Part shown: positions 48,442 through 58,615 of the stretch, in pieces
Layout: each line of letters starts with the position of its first letter
How positions within the stretch are numbered: position 1 is the first letter of the stretch
Assembly: GCA_963675745.2 (NCBI GenBank)
Contig: CAXXWX010000026.1
Coordinates: forward strand, 480,001 to 544,000
Direction of reading: 5' to 3'
DNA: 64,000 nucleotides
From: Phycisphaerae bacterium
Lineage (GTDB): Bacteria; Planctomycetota; Phycisphaerae; UBA1845; Fen-1342
The notes under the pieces: generated by a model
What the model saw: the letters and a program-made list of their open reading frames with translations, nothing else
The model's database searches: none
What the model was told of the DNA's origin: nothing
Position numbers and translations under genes: made by a program

Positions 48442-49610
48442 ACGGCCACCTCCTTCCAGATCGGGTTCTCAACATGTTTGCGCGCCACCAGATCGTCAAC
48501 GATTTCGTCCAGCATCGACGGCACCACGTCACCGCCACCGAGCCCGACGATATAGTCCTGCACCAGCACATCGGCGGCACCGTGCAGCGTCGCGGCCACC
48601 TCTTTCCAGAAGATGCCGCCCGACCCCGCCGAATGATTGCGGTCGAGCACGCCGATCTTCTTGGCCGGACCGATCGCGGCCATCAGCTCATCGCGCATGA
48701 ACGGCCGGAACATCCGGGCTTCAACCATGCCGATTTTCTCGCCGCGCTCGCGCCGCGCGTTGACCACGTTGCGCAGCGTGCGCGACATGGAGTTGCAGGC
48801 GATCAACACGTGTTCGGCGTCCTCGGTGTGGTCAACGCGCATCGCCCCGGGCGGGCGCCGGCCAAAGACTTCCTCGAACTCGTCAACGGCCTCGCGCAGC
48901 ACCTCGGGCACACGCTCCATGGCCCGCTGTATTTCGCGGCGGTGGTGTTCGGTCTCGCGCGGAAAGGTCATGCCGCCCACGGTGGCGGGGTGCTCGTAGC
49001 GCAGCCGGTGTGGCACGACGCAACGAGGCAGGTAGCGGTCCACCAGATCCTGCTCGGGCAGGTCGGTCACCATCGACGTATGTGAAACGAGGAAACCATC
49101 CATCGCGATCAACGCCGGCAGCAGCACGCGCTCGTCTTCGGCCACGCGAAACGCCAGCAGCACGGTATCGACGACGTCCTGGTGCGATGCGCAATAAAAC
49201 TGGATCCAGGCCGCGTCGCGCAGCATGAGACTGTCACCCTGATCGACCCAGATGTTCCAGGGCGGCCCAAGCGTGCGGTTCACCGCGATCATGACAATCG
49301 GCAGGCGGTAATAGCCAGCCGCGAAGACATTCTCGATCATATAGGCCAGCCCGTTGGACGAGCTCGCCGTGAATGCCCGCGCGCCGTCGAGCGACGCCCC
49401 CATGCACACGCCCATGGCGCTGTGCTCGGATTCGACGTTGATGATGCGCCCCTTGGTGAAATCGAATGCGCTCAACGTCTCGACAATCTCTGTCTGGGGG
49501 GTAATCGGATAGGCTCCCGCGACGCAGCCCAGTCCATCGCGGTTGGCCTCACCCGCCACGGCCAGCGTATATCCGGCGGCGTAGTTCCCCGTTGCCAGTG
49601 CACGTGCCAC
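48438..49610 (-). CDS. porA: 2-oxoacid:acceptor oxidoreductase alpha subunit
   Basis: AYPITPQT, VESEHSAM, TASSSNGL, NR, DGFLVSH, FRPF, GLGGGD. Confidence 0.92.
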   Translation of the reverse strand: MARALATGNYAAGYTLAVAGEANRDGLGCVAGAYPITPQTEIVETLSAFDFTKGRIINVESEHSAMGVCMGASLDGARAFTASSSNGLAYMIENVFAAGYYRLPIVMIAVNRTLGPPWNIWVDQGDSLMLRDAAWIQFYCASHQDVVDTVLLAFRVAEDERVLLPALIAMDGFLVSHTSMVTDLPEQDLVDRYLPRCVVPHRLRYEHPATVGGMTFPRETEHHRREIQRAMERVPEVLREAVDEFEEVFGRRPPGAMRVDHTEDAEHVLIACNSMSRTLRNVVNARRERGEKIGMVEARMFRPFMRDELMAAIGPAKKIGVLDRNHSAGSGGIFWKEVAATLHGAADVLVQDYIVGLGGGDVVPSMLDEIVDDLVARKHVENPIWKEVAV

Positions 49611-49641
49611 GCGCGCTCTCCTTGTTTGCTATCCTCATGGA

Positions 49642-49689
49642 TGGCACAGGCGTCTCGCCTGTGGGCTCACAGGCAAGGTGCCTGTGCCA
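49642..49689. repeat. REP-like inverted repeat pair inside the por operon
   Basis: TGGCACAGGCGTCTCGCCTGTG / CACAGGCAAGGTGCCTGTGCCA. Confidence 0.75.
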
Positions 49690-49715
49690 CCGTGAAAACC
49701 ATGTCCGCGGTCAAC

Positions 49716-51944
49716 TCAAAGCTCGGCCATGAAGATCACGCCGCGCGGACATTGTGACGCACACACGCCGCAACCTTTGCAGTATTCGTAATCAAACTTG
49801 TAAGACGCCTGCCCGTCTCGCACGAGCACGCCCTCCGGGCAGTACGCCACGCAACGATCACACGAGTTGCACACCCCGCAACTGAAGCAGCGGGCGGCTT
49901 CGACGGCCGCCGGTCGATGGCCCGGGTCATCCACCAGCCCGAGGCGCACCTCGGTGAAGCTCCGCCGCCTGAGATCCGCGGGCATGACCACGCCGTCCTC
50001 CCGCGGCGCGTGCCCGAATATGTGCATCGAGATGACTTCGGGGCCGGCGATCGGCTCAGCGGGAGGCGGGAAGAGGTCCTCGCCCGTCAAAGTACGATGC
50101 ACGTGCAAAGCCGCTCGATGGCCGCTGCCGATGGCCGCCGTGACGGTCCCATCGTTGCTGGCGAAATCGCCGCCGGCAAACACTGGCCCGCCCGCCAGAC
50201 CGAGCATGACGCTGCCGTCTTCGTTGTGAATCTCCGCCCCTTCGGGCAGAATCGAGAGATCGTGTGACTGCCCCAGGGCCAGTATCACCCGATCACACTC
50301 CAGATCGAATTGGGCATCGGGGCCGGTGTCGGGCTCGGGTCGCGGACGCCCGGAATCGTCCGGCGTTCCCAGGCGCATCCGCTGACAGACCAGCAGTGTC
50401 TTCTCGCCTTCCCGATGAACGCGCAACGGCATGACCAGTTCGTGCAGTTGCACGCCCTCTTCGATCGCTTCGTCAATCTCCTCACGAATCGCCGGCATCT
50501 CGGCGCGCGTGCGCCGATAGATCACGCGCACGCTGGCGGCCCCGACGCGACGGGCGGATCGTGCCGCATCCATCGCCGTGTTGCCGCCACCCACCACCAG
50601 CACGTGCTCGCCGTGCAGGCTGCGTTGCCCGCGGCGCGCCTGATCGAGGAAGTCGATCCCCTGCTCGACGAACTCTGGAGACAACCCACCCAGGTTCAGT
50701 GCCCGCAACTCCTGCAATCCGGTCGCGACAAAAACGGCGGCGTATTCTTGTGAGATGCGCAGCAACGCCTCACGATCGATGCGGGCTCCCGTCCGCGTGC
50801 TGACGCCGTGGCGCAGGATGTAGCTGATCTCGCGATCCAGCACTTCACGAGGCAGGCGATAGGCGGGAATCCCCGTGCGCATCACACCGCCGAGCTCCTG
50901 GCCGGCCTCGAAGATCGTGACCGAGTACCCCAGCCGCGCGAGGTGATACGTCGCCGACAGACCGGCCGGGCCGCTGCCGATCACCGCGATCTTGATATCG
51001 CGGTCGGGCTTGGTGGGCAACGGCAGTTGGCCACGATCGGCGGCGTAGCGTTCCAACTCGCGGATATTCACGCCACTGTCATACTCGGCGCGGTTGCACG
51101 CCTCCATGCACGGCGCCGGGCAGACGCGCCCGCAGATGCCGGGAAACGGCGACGTCCGCAACAGCGTTTGCAGGGCATCGTCGACTTGATCCTTCGCCAG
51201 CAATTGCAGAAAACCCTGCACATCATTGCCCGCCGGACAGTTGGCATTGCACGGCGGCGTGAGCTGGTGTCGATCCGGCTGCCGCGACGCCCACTCGCCG
51301 GTGTGCAAGCGCGGCATCTCGCCGACAAACTCATCGTCGAGCAGTCCGACAACCTGTTTTGAGGCCGCCGCGGGCTCGGCGATGATTCTCTCGCCGGGGA
51401 GTTGTGCGGAGCGCACCTGCTCAAAGGCGGCCTTGGCGGCCGACGTATTCCCGCCGCCAAACCGCATCTCGTCCAGCGTGGCGGTCACGGCGTTCAAATC
51501 CAGCCCGAACACCTTTGCGACAGCGCCGAGAATAGTCGTATTGACGATCGGCACAGTCTTGGTGCCCAGCCCGTTGGCCACGGCGATGCCGGTGGCATCG
51601 ATAGTGGCGACGTTACGGCCGGGGAACATCTCTGCAAACGTCTCGGGGGGATCGGGTGTGTTCAGAATGAGCCAGCCGTCCGCCTTCATCCCGGTCACAA
51701 CGCGCGGCGCGATCAGCGTGCGATCCAGCAGAATGACGTGGTTCGGTTCGCGGATCTGATTGCTGGTCGTGATTTCGTCGTCGCTGACGCGGACGAAAGC
51801 CTGCACGGGCGCCCCCGAGCGCTCGGCCGCGTACACGCCGAAGGCCTGCACGTATTTACCGCGAAGGAAGTATGCGGTGGCGACCAGCTTGGCGAGCGTA
51901 ACACCGCCCTGACCACCACGTCCAAAAATAGTGATTTCGGTCAT
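49716..51944 (-). CDS. Fusion: 2-oxoacid oxidoreductase gamma subunit + GltD-like FAD/NAD(P) oxidoreductase + delta-type 2x[4Fe-4S] domain
   Basis: GRGGQG/ERSGAPV (gamma); CPAG...CGRVCPAPCMEAC, GSGPAG, GGGNTAMD..YRR (GltD); CNSCDRCVAYCP and CKGCGVCASQCP. Confidence 0.9.
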   Translation of the reverse strand: MTEITIFGRGGQGGVTLAKLVATAYFLRGKYVQAFGVYAAERSGAPVQAFVRVSDDEITTSNQIREPNHVILLDRTLIAPRVVTGMKADGWLILNTPDPPETFAEMFPGRNVATIDATGIAVANGLGTKTVPIVNTTILGAVAKVFGLDLNAVTATLDEMRFGGGNTSAAKAAFEQVRSAQLPGERIIAEPAAASKQVVGLLDDEFVGEMPRLHTGEWASRQPDRHQLTPPCNANCPAGNDVQGFLQLLAKDQVDDALQTLLRTSPFPGICGRVCPAPCMEACNRAEYDSGVNIRELERYAADRGQLPLPTKPDRDIKIAVIGSGPAGLSATYHLARLGYSVTIFEAGQELGGVMRTGIPAYRLPREVLDREISYILRHGVSTRTGARIDREALLRISQEYAAVFVATGLQELRALNLGGLSPEFVEQGIDFLDQARRGQRSLHGEHVLVVGGGNTAMDAARSARRVGAASVRVIYRRTRAEMPAIREEIDEAIEEGVQLHELVMPLRVHREGEKTLLVCQRMRLGTPDDSGRPRPEPDTGPDAQFDLECDRVILALGQSHDLSILPEGAEIHNEDGSVMLGLAGGPVFAGGDFASNDGTVTAAIGSGHRAALHVHRTLTGEDLFPPPAEPIAGPEVISMHIFGHAPREDGVVMPADLRRRSFTEVRLGLVDDPGHRPAAVEAARCFSCGVCNSCDRCVAYCPEGVLVRDGQASYKFDYEYCKGCGVCASQCPRGVIFMAEL

Positions 51945-52238
51945 GCCGCGACCTCGTTTGAGAGACCGGACGTCGATTGACGCGTAGCGCCGGGACACTC
52001 TCGACCCCGGCTACATCCACGAGACATGCTATGCGAATCTGCTCCAAAGCAAAACCCGTTCCGTGGCCGGCGGATCGCGCTGATTCGCGTAGTTGACTTA
52101 GCCTGAATGACTTAGGGGGCCACGGTCGGCCCAAATGCGGGGACCCGTCGCTGCGGGAAGTGCGGAATTCTCGTCGCGCCTTTGGGGAAACCCGCGCTAT
52201 GCGCTGCCAGGCGCGTCGCACGATACCGTGCCCGATCA

Positions 52239-53312
52239 CTAATTGAACGCCACTCGAATCTTCCCCTTCTGCCAGTCCTTGACCAGCAATCGTACTTCCT
52301 CAATCGTCTCCTCGAGTCGGCGTGAGGTCAGCACCATCGACTCGTACAACCGGTCGTCGCGCAGCGCCTTGGCAACGCTGCCGTCGCCCTCCGACATCAG
52401 CGCCGCCGCTTGCTTGAGATAGCGGAGCACATCGCCCGCCTCGTTCAGGTCGTCGATCAGCACATGCGAGACGTCGGCGACCCGCTGGTCAACGTTGTCG
52501 AGCGAGGACTCCATCTTGGTCATCACGCCGCCGGCCTTCTCGGCCGCGGTTTTCACGTCGCCAGCCGCCTGGCGCAAGTCGGCCATCAATATCCGGCCAT
52601 CTTCCGACATGCTGTAGGCGTTCGCGATGGTCTCCTTCAGCCGGCTTTTCTGTTCCGGGTCTCCGAGGATTTCGTTGAAATGCGCCAGCAGCGCGTCAAG
52701 CCGCGCCGCCGCACTGGCCAGGTTTCCCGTGGCACCCTCGAGCGTGTCAACTTCGTGCGGATCGCGCGGCGCGAGCATTTTCTCCATGGCTTCCAGTACG
52801 GGGCGCATGGCCGCGGCGGCCTCACCAATCTGGCGTGCCGTGCGATCGAGATTCGACGATATTTCCTCGGGCAGGACAGCACTCATGGCGTCCTTGGTCA
52901 GCCCCACCATCACGCCCTTGTCGGGCGGCAGGTGCGTTGCCGAATGCCCGGGGATGATCCTGATCGGCGGGCGCCCGCCGGCGAGCAACCCGGCCTCGAA
53001 CGTCTCCGCCAGGCTGTCGTCCGGGATGCGGAACTCCTGATCAATAGCGACAACCACGTTTACCCCCCCGCTCAGATCATCCGGATTCACAAACTCCACG
53101 GTGCGGACGTGCCCGATTCGCTTGCCGAGCACCGTGACCAGCGTGCCGGAACGAATCCCGGCCGCCGAGTCAAACCGGATGTTCAACGCGTATGTGTCGC
53201 CCCGAATCAGCCAGCGCGGCCCCTGGCCGAACAGCACCACCAGCGCGCCCAGCGCCAGGATACCGACGAGTACGAAAACTCCGACCATCAGATTGCGGCG
53301 TGTATCGGTCAT
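52239..53312 (-). CDS. MlaD/MCE family protein
   Basis: VGVFVLVG TM, FDSAAGIRSGTLVTVLGKRIGHV MCE motif, helical C-terminus. Confidence 0.88.
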   Translation of the reverse strand: MTDTRRNLMVGVFVLVGILALGALVVLFGQGPRWLIRGDTYALNIRFDSAAGIRSGTLVTVLGKRIGHVRTVEFVNPDDLSGGVNVVVAIDQEFRIPDDSLAETFEAGLLAGGRPPIRIIPGHSATHLPPDKGVMVGLTKDAMSAVLPEEISSNLDRTARQIGEAAAAMRPVLEAMEKMLAPRDPHEVDTLEGATGNLASAAARLDALLAHFNEILGDPEQKSRLKETIANAYSMSEDGRILMADLRQAAGDVKTAAEKAGGVMTKMESSLDNVDQRVADVSHVLIDDLNEAGDVLRYLKQAAALMSEGDGSVAKALRDDRLYESMVLTSRRLEETIEEVRLLVKDWQKGKIRVAFN

Positions 53313-53434
53313 GTTGCATCTCCCTGTCACGGGGCCGGCCGCCACAGCGGGCGGGTTGCCCGGCTTGCTCGTTGTCCGGTTGCCTCTCGGCGGCTAAACT
53401 ACGTGTCGCCAAGGTCGCAGCGAAGGAGACCCAC

Positions 53435-53812
53435 GTGGCCGGTAAACTCGAAGGCAAAACCATCCTTGTAGTAGATGACGACCCTGATCTCGTCGTTGCG
53501 TTGACCACCAGTCTGTCCGAAACCGGCGCGACTGTCGAGACGGCCAGCAACGGGAACGACGCGGTCAAGCACGCCGAAACGCTAAACCCCGATCTGGTGG
53601 TGCTGGACATCATGCTGCCGCAGAAGAGCGGTTTCCTCGTGCTCGAGCGTCTCCGCCAGATCCAGCCTCCGCCCCGCGTGATCATGATTACCGGCAACCA
53701 GGGCCGGCGCCACCGGCAATATGCCGAAGCCCTCGGCGTCGACGAATACCTCAACAAGCCCTTCCGCATGGAACGCTTGCTGGAAGTGACTGAGAATCTG
53801 CTGAGCGACTGA
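53435..53812 (+). CDS. Single-domain response regulator
   Basis: ILVVDDD, LDIMLP, MITG, KPF; GTG start after AAGGAG. Confidence 0.92.
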   Translation: MAGKLEGKTILVVDDDPDLVVALTTSLSETGATVETASNGNDAVKHAETLNPDLVVLDIMLPQKSGFLVLERLRQIQPPPRVIMITGNQGRRHRQYAEALGVDEYLNKPFRMERLLEVTENLLSD

Positions 53813-54090
53813 ATCCGGCCGGCGTCAGCGGCGGGTTGGATTCGTGTCGTCTGGATCGACAACCGGCCCACATCACCTCGACACGCGGTGCGTTTCGCGC
53901 AGCACCAGCGTTCATCATCTGATGGAAGTCACCCGCCAGAGCCGTTGACGCGCCGCGTCGTGGCCGCGAATATACCGAATCCGCGTCTTAAGGCGCGACA
54001 ATTGGCAAGGTAACCCGCCACGCGGTGAGCGCGGACCGGCTAATCAGAGGCGGGGAGCGAAATCGCTGAATCCTCGGAGGAGACACTTCA

Positions 54091-54939
54091 ATGTGGCAAC
54101 TGCTGATACTGGGAATGCTTCTGCAACAGCCCGCAACCGTCGGACCTGTGGCCGAGACCGAGACTGCTGAGGTCGGGCCGCGCTACGATGTCGGCGAGAC
54201 GCACATCATGATCCTGGCCTTTCTGGAGCAGCGCTACCTGTTTTTCGAGAACTTCCTCGACCGCTTGCCGAGCTCCGGCCTGCGGATCCAGTACCGATTG
54301 CAGGGTGAGGATGTCGTCAACCTCGTGCAGGTGGGCGAGTTGGTGATCGACGAGGCTGTGGACGATACCGGCAAATCGATGGTCGACCCCAGTACGATCA
54401 CCGACGAACGACGTAACGCCGTGCGCGATGTCAACATGAAGCCCGAAGACCTGCGCGCGCGCGGCTGGATGTTCGGCGGCTCGCTCGAGGCGGCCGACCG
54501 GGCGGCAACCGTCATCAAGCACGTCAAGGGCTCGATGCGCTGCGTGTTTGCCGCTGAATCCGAGGAAATCGTGATTCCCCACGCGCTCGAATACCTGAAC
54601 AAGAAGCTGGACGATCCCCGCCTGGCCGAGCTCGGCATCGAGATCAAGCTGATCCCCTCGCGCGACCCCGCCGGAGACCCTGAGCAACAGAGAGAGATCG
54701 GCGTAATGCTGACATCCGGCGAGAGCAAGTTGCGGAACGTCGAGTTTTGTGACGCCTGGCTGAGGCCGATCGCGTTGCGGGCTCCCATCGACGCCAAGAC
54801 CAAAGACAATGAGACCTACAAGGCTTATCAAACCGGAATGAACCCGATCACAAACGACTCAACGCTGATTTTGTCCGTATCGCCCGAGGTCAGCGATCGA
54901 CGGGTTGAGCTGAATCTGACGGACGTGAAGTTGCCATAG
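54091..54939 (+). CDS. Hypothetical exported protein
   Basis: GGAGG RBS, short hydrophobic N-terminus, typical codon usage; no family recognised. Confidence 0.7.
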   Translation: MWQLLILGMLLQQPATVGPVAETETAEVGPRYDVGETHIMILAFLEQRYLFFENFLDRLPSSGLRIQYRLQGEDVVNLVQVGELVIDEAVDDTGKSMVDPSTITDERRNAVRDVNMKPEDLRARGWMFGGSLEAADRAATVIKHVKGSMRCVFAAESEEIVIPHALEYLNKKLDDPRLAELGIEIKLIPSRDPAGDPEQQREIGVMLTSGESKLRNVEFCDAWLRPIALRAPIDAKTKDNETYKAYQTGMNPITNDSTLILSVSPEVSDRRVELNLTDVKLP

Positions 54940-55098
54940 GCACTTGACCGGCCGAAGCATATGTGGGACCGGTCTCCGACCTGGTCATCGATGACCTCGC
55001 GGGATTGATCGCGATTGAGAAAGCGTGTGCATCCGATTGCTCTCAAGTCCCGGCAAGCTCGAATGCTCCGGTATGTGGCCCTGTGATTCCCTGAACCC

Positions 55099-56419
55099 TT
55101 GAACGCCGACGCCAAACCTCCAGCCGCCCGAGCGTTAAAGGCCAACATCGCCTACGCGGTCGGCGGCAACATCGCGTTTAATGCGTGCCGAGTTTTGGTG
55201 GTCTTGCTGATCGCCAACTACGCTTCGGCCGAGGCACTCGGCGCGTTTGACGCGAGCATGGCCTGGTCGGCACCTATCGTCACGTTCCTGATGCTCCAAT
55301 TGCGCGGCGCGTATGTAGCGGACACGCGCCACGACTTCAGCTTCGGCACCTACGAGGCACTGCGTTCGGTGTGCATGGCCATCGCGGCCGTTGTATTGGC
55401 CGTGCTGGTCGTCTGGCACGGCTTCCATCAGCCGGTGCTGGCTTTCACCTTGATGCTGGCCGCCGTGGCGGCGGGAAAGATCGTCGGCGCGCTGGGCGAG
55501 GTGCGCTGGGGCGTGTTCCAGCAACGCGAGCGCCTCGAGTTGATGGGCTGGTCACAGGTGTTACGCGGCGTGGCGATGTTGGCCCCGTTCGCGGTCATTC
55601 TGCCGATTGTCGGCGCGCGCGGCGGGGGGCGAGTCGGAATCCACCGTGGTCGCGGCCGCGGCCTGGGCGGTCGCCGTGTATGTTGCCGGATGGGCACTGG
55701 TCGTGGCCTTCTTTGATCGGCCGCGCGCAAGCGCTCTCGGTGGGCTCGATACGAGTTGGACCTGGCCGGCAGTTGTCAAGCTGGCGCGGCAGACCGCCCC
55801 CCTGGGCCTGGTCGTGCTGATCATCAGCCTGTGTGACAGCCTGCCGCGCCTGATGATCGGCACGCAAAGCCAGAGCGGCCTGGCGCGACTGGGATACTTC
55901 AGCGCGATGGCCAACATCGTGCTACCGCTGAACCTGATGGTGATTGCGATGGGCCAGGCGGCCGCCAATCGCACGGCCACGTACTACCGCGACAACCTGC
56001 GCCGGTTCGTCACGCTGGCCGCCAAGCTGCTGGGTGTGACGGCGTTGATTTCCGCCGCCGCCCTGGTCGGCACATTCTGGATCGGTGAATGGGTGCTGCG
56101 GCTGCTTTATCCGCCCGAATACGCCGACTACTTCCCGGAGTTGTTGCTGATCGTCACCGGCGGCGGACTGTTGCTGCTCGCCAGCCTGCTGGGAATCATG
56201 GTCACCAGCATGCGCATGTTCTGGGTCCAGGTGCCATTGCAGACTCTGGTTCTAGTAGCAACCGCGGTCGCCGCCTGGCTGCTGATCCCCGACGATCCCG
56301 TGCGCGGAGGCGCCTGGACCTTTCTGGTGCGCAGCGCCGCCCAATTCACGCTCTACGGCCTGGTCCTGGTAATGGTCATTGTCCGGGCGGCGGGGCACCC
56401 GCCAACCACGACAGCCTAG
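55099..56419 (+). pseudogene. Polysaccharide flippase (Wzx/MATE-like), frameshifted at a G6 tract near 55624-55629
   Basis: Multi-TM ORFs 55099-55716 and 55607-56419 join if one G is removed; NIAYAVGGN start, DSLPRLMI...LGYFSAM motif. Confidence 0.8.
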
Positions 56420-56510
56420 TACACCGGGGGCCCCCCAATAAAACGCGAACCACCGACCCGTCATGATGACGGTCTCGGTGGTTCCCGCTCGCGGCGCAAA
56501 CGCCGCTGAA

Positions 56511-56585
56511 CGACCCCGACGGGACTCGAACCCGCAACCTCCGGCGTGACAGGCCGGCGCTCTAAACCAATTGAGCTACAGGGCC
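56511..56585 (-). tRNA. tRNA-Asp(GTC), CCA not encoded
   Basis: GGCCCTGTAGCTCAATTGGTTTAGAGCGCCGGCCTGTCACGCCGGAGGTTGCGGGTTCGAGTCCCGTCGGGGTCG. Confidence 0.96.
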
Positions 56586-56622
56586 TCCTGAGTCCACCCG
56601 CTTTCCAGCGGATGAGCCATGT

Positions 56623-56650
56623 ATGTTAGGCCGACGGCCGAATATGTCAA
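56623..56650 (-). promoter_or_regulatory. Sigma70 promoter of tRNA-Asp
   Basis: TTGACA-N16-TAACAT upstream of the tRNA. Confidence 0.65.
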
Positions 56651-56882
56651 ACAGGAATCTGCGCGACATTCTGGTCTCGGCAGTTTGTCAGGCGTCGCGC
56701 TGGTCGATAACTTCTTTGCCGTTTAGTATGCCACACACGGGGTATCATCAGTCGCGATCGCGGCATCCCCGGGTGGAGGCACGTACTGCGAAAGGCGCTG
56801 CCCCCCCCTTTACCCAGCGCAAAGAGGTGGCGGCACGTCCAGCGGGCAATAGCGCCCTTTATTATGTGGAGAGAAACCCAGT

Positions 56883-58496
56883 ATGCGGCTGATCGTGACC
56901 CAGAGCGCTGCGATGATAGCGGACGTTGTTTCCGGCCGGGAGGATATCTATATCGGGTCGCATGAACAGTGCCACGTCAAGCTCGAAGATCCGCGCATTT
57001 CCTCACAGCAGGCGGTCATCACACCCGAGGAAGACCAGACCTGGTCCTTCAGCCCTCTGGACAGTGAGCAGCTCGTCCATGTGAACGGGGCGCGCATCGT
57101 CGAGAAGGTCACGCTGAAGACCGGAGACGAGATCAAAATCTGCGACTACGTGATCCGCGTGTTTCCCGATCAGATGCCGACCAGTCCACAGCCCATGTCG
57201 CAGCGGCGCACCCCGGTCGCCCGTTTGACAAAGTTTGTCCAGACGCACCTGCCACCCGGTTCGACGACCAAGAAGATCGACGAACCCATCGCCCTTCAAT
57301 CGGGCGAGCTCAGCCGCATGGGTGAGATCATCGTGCGCCTCGCGCAGACCGACAACCCCGAGCAGGTCATGGATGTGGCGGTCAGGACCATGCTCGAGAC
57401 CCTCGGCGCCCAGCGTGCCTGGATCGGCGTCCGCCGTGTGAATTACGGCCCAATGGAGTACGTTCAGGGCCAGCTCACATCCGGGCAGACGGTCGAGCTG
57501 CCCGAGATCGGCGAAAACCTCAAACCGCGCGTGCTCGATCGACGCCAATTCGTCCTGATCCCGCGCGTAAGTCGGGAACAAAACGTCTCGGTGATCGTCG
57601 GCCCGTTACCCGGTCCGGATGGGCTGCTGGGGATGATCTACATCGACAGCGCCGGCGCCACGCGGCGGTTCGATACGCACGACCTGGATCTCTTCGTGCT
57701 GATCACCGGGTTGATCGCGGCTCAGCTCGATGCGATCCTGCGCCAATTGGCCAAGAACCGCGCGGCTACCATCGCGGGCGAGGTCAGTGTGTCACACGCG
57801 ATTCAAGCTCGCCTCACGCCGCGCAAGCTCCCGCAGTGGGAGGCGCTCAGTTTCGGCGCGTTTCGCGAGCCGGGCAGCGAGCGGACCGGCGACATGTACG
57901 ACATTGTGCGTCTGGGGAACAACCTGGCCGGCGTGATGGTCACGCACACGAACGCCACCGGCCCGATGCCCAGCATGCTGATGGCACAAGCGCAATCGGC
58001 GTTTCGTTTCGCCGCCATGCATCAGGACCCACCGGACGTGTTCCTGAAATCGCTCAACTGGATGCTGTATGACGGGCTCAAGGACCGTGAGCTGAGCTGC
58101 TTCGTAACGCTCATCGATCCGACGAGCGGGCAGATGCGCTACGCCATTGCGGGAACGCTGGGAGCCTACATCATTGGAGGGCGCGGCGACGAACGATCGC
58201 TCCAGCCTGACGCCCCCGCCCCGCCGTTGAGCCTCGTCAAGAACCACCCCTACCCGCTTCTGTCAGAGACGCTGGGCGAGGGGGAGACGCTGGCGCTATT
58301 CACACCCGGCATCACAACGGCCACTAATCCGGATGGCGACACGTTCGGCGAGGACAGGTTCGTCAACATTCTGTGCGACGGCTTCGGCCAGCTTGCCAGC
58401 TCCATGCTGAAAGAGATGTTCCACGACTTGCGCGCCTTTACCCAGGGCGGCACTCAGCCCGATGACATCACCGTGGTGCTCGCCCATCACGCATAG
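56883..58496 (+). CDS. FHA-GAF-SpoIIE/PP2C domain protein with degenerate motifs
   Basis: FHA-like N-terminus (VNG...LKTGDEIKI), GAF (LGMIYIDS...FDTHDL), AIQARLTP coupling helix, GDMYD and DDIT. Confidence 0.85.
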   Translation: MRLIVTQSAAMIADVVSGREDIYIGSHEQCHVKLEDPRISSQQAVITPEEDQTWSFSPLDSEQLVHVNGARIVEKVTLKTGDEIKICDYVIRVFPDQMPTSPQPMSQRRTPVARLTKFVQTHLPPGSTTKKIDEPIALQSGELSRMGEIIVRLAQTDNPEQVMDVAVRTMLETLGAQRAWIGVRRVNYGPMEYVQGQLTSGQTVELPEIGENLKPRVLDRRQFVLIPRVSREQNVSVIVGPLPGPDGLLGMIYIDSAGATRRFDTHDLDLFVLITGLIAAQLDAILRQLAKNRAATIAGEVSVSHAIQARLTPRKLPQWEALSFGAFREPGSERTGDMYDIVRLGNNLAGVMVTHTNATGPMPSMLMAQAQSAFRFAAMHQDPPDVFLKSLNWMLYDGLKDRELSCFVTLIDPTSGQMRYAIAGTLGAYIIGGRGDERSLQPDAPAPPLSLVKNHPYPLLSETLGEGETLALFTPGITTATNPDGDTFGEDRFVNILCDGFGQLASSMLKEMFHDLRAFTQGGTQPDDITVVLAHHA

Positions 58497-58615
58497 CCCG
58501 ACGACGGTAGCGCGAACACGAAACCCGGCGTGCGGACAGCCCGTTGTGGACAATCCGCACGCCGGGTGCATGCTCTGCCGAAGCCCGCGCTGTGCGGGCG
58601 CTGTCGCGTTGCGGG

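Noticed and set aside
53940..54090. Possible riboswitch or ncRNA in the leader of the 282-aa gene
   Set aside because: Only weak hairpins and a TTGACG box; no recognisable aptamer consensus
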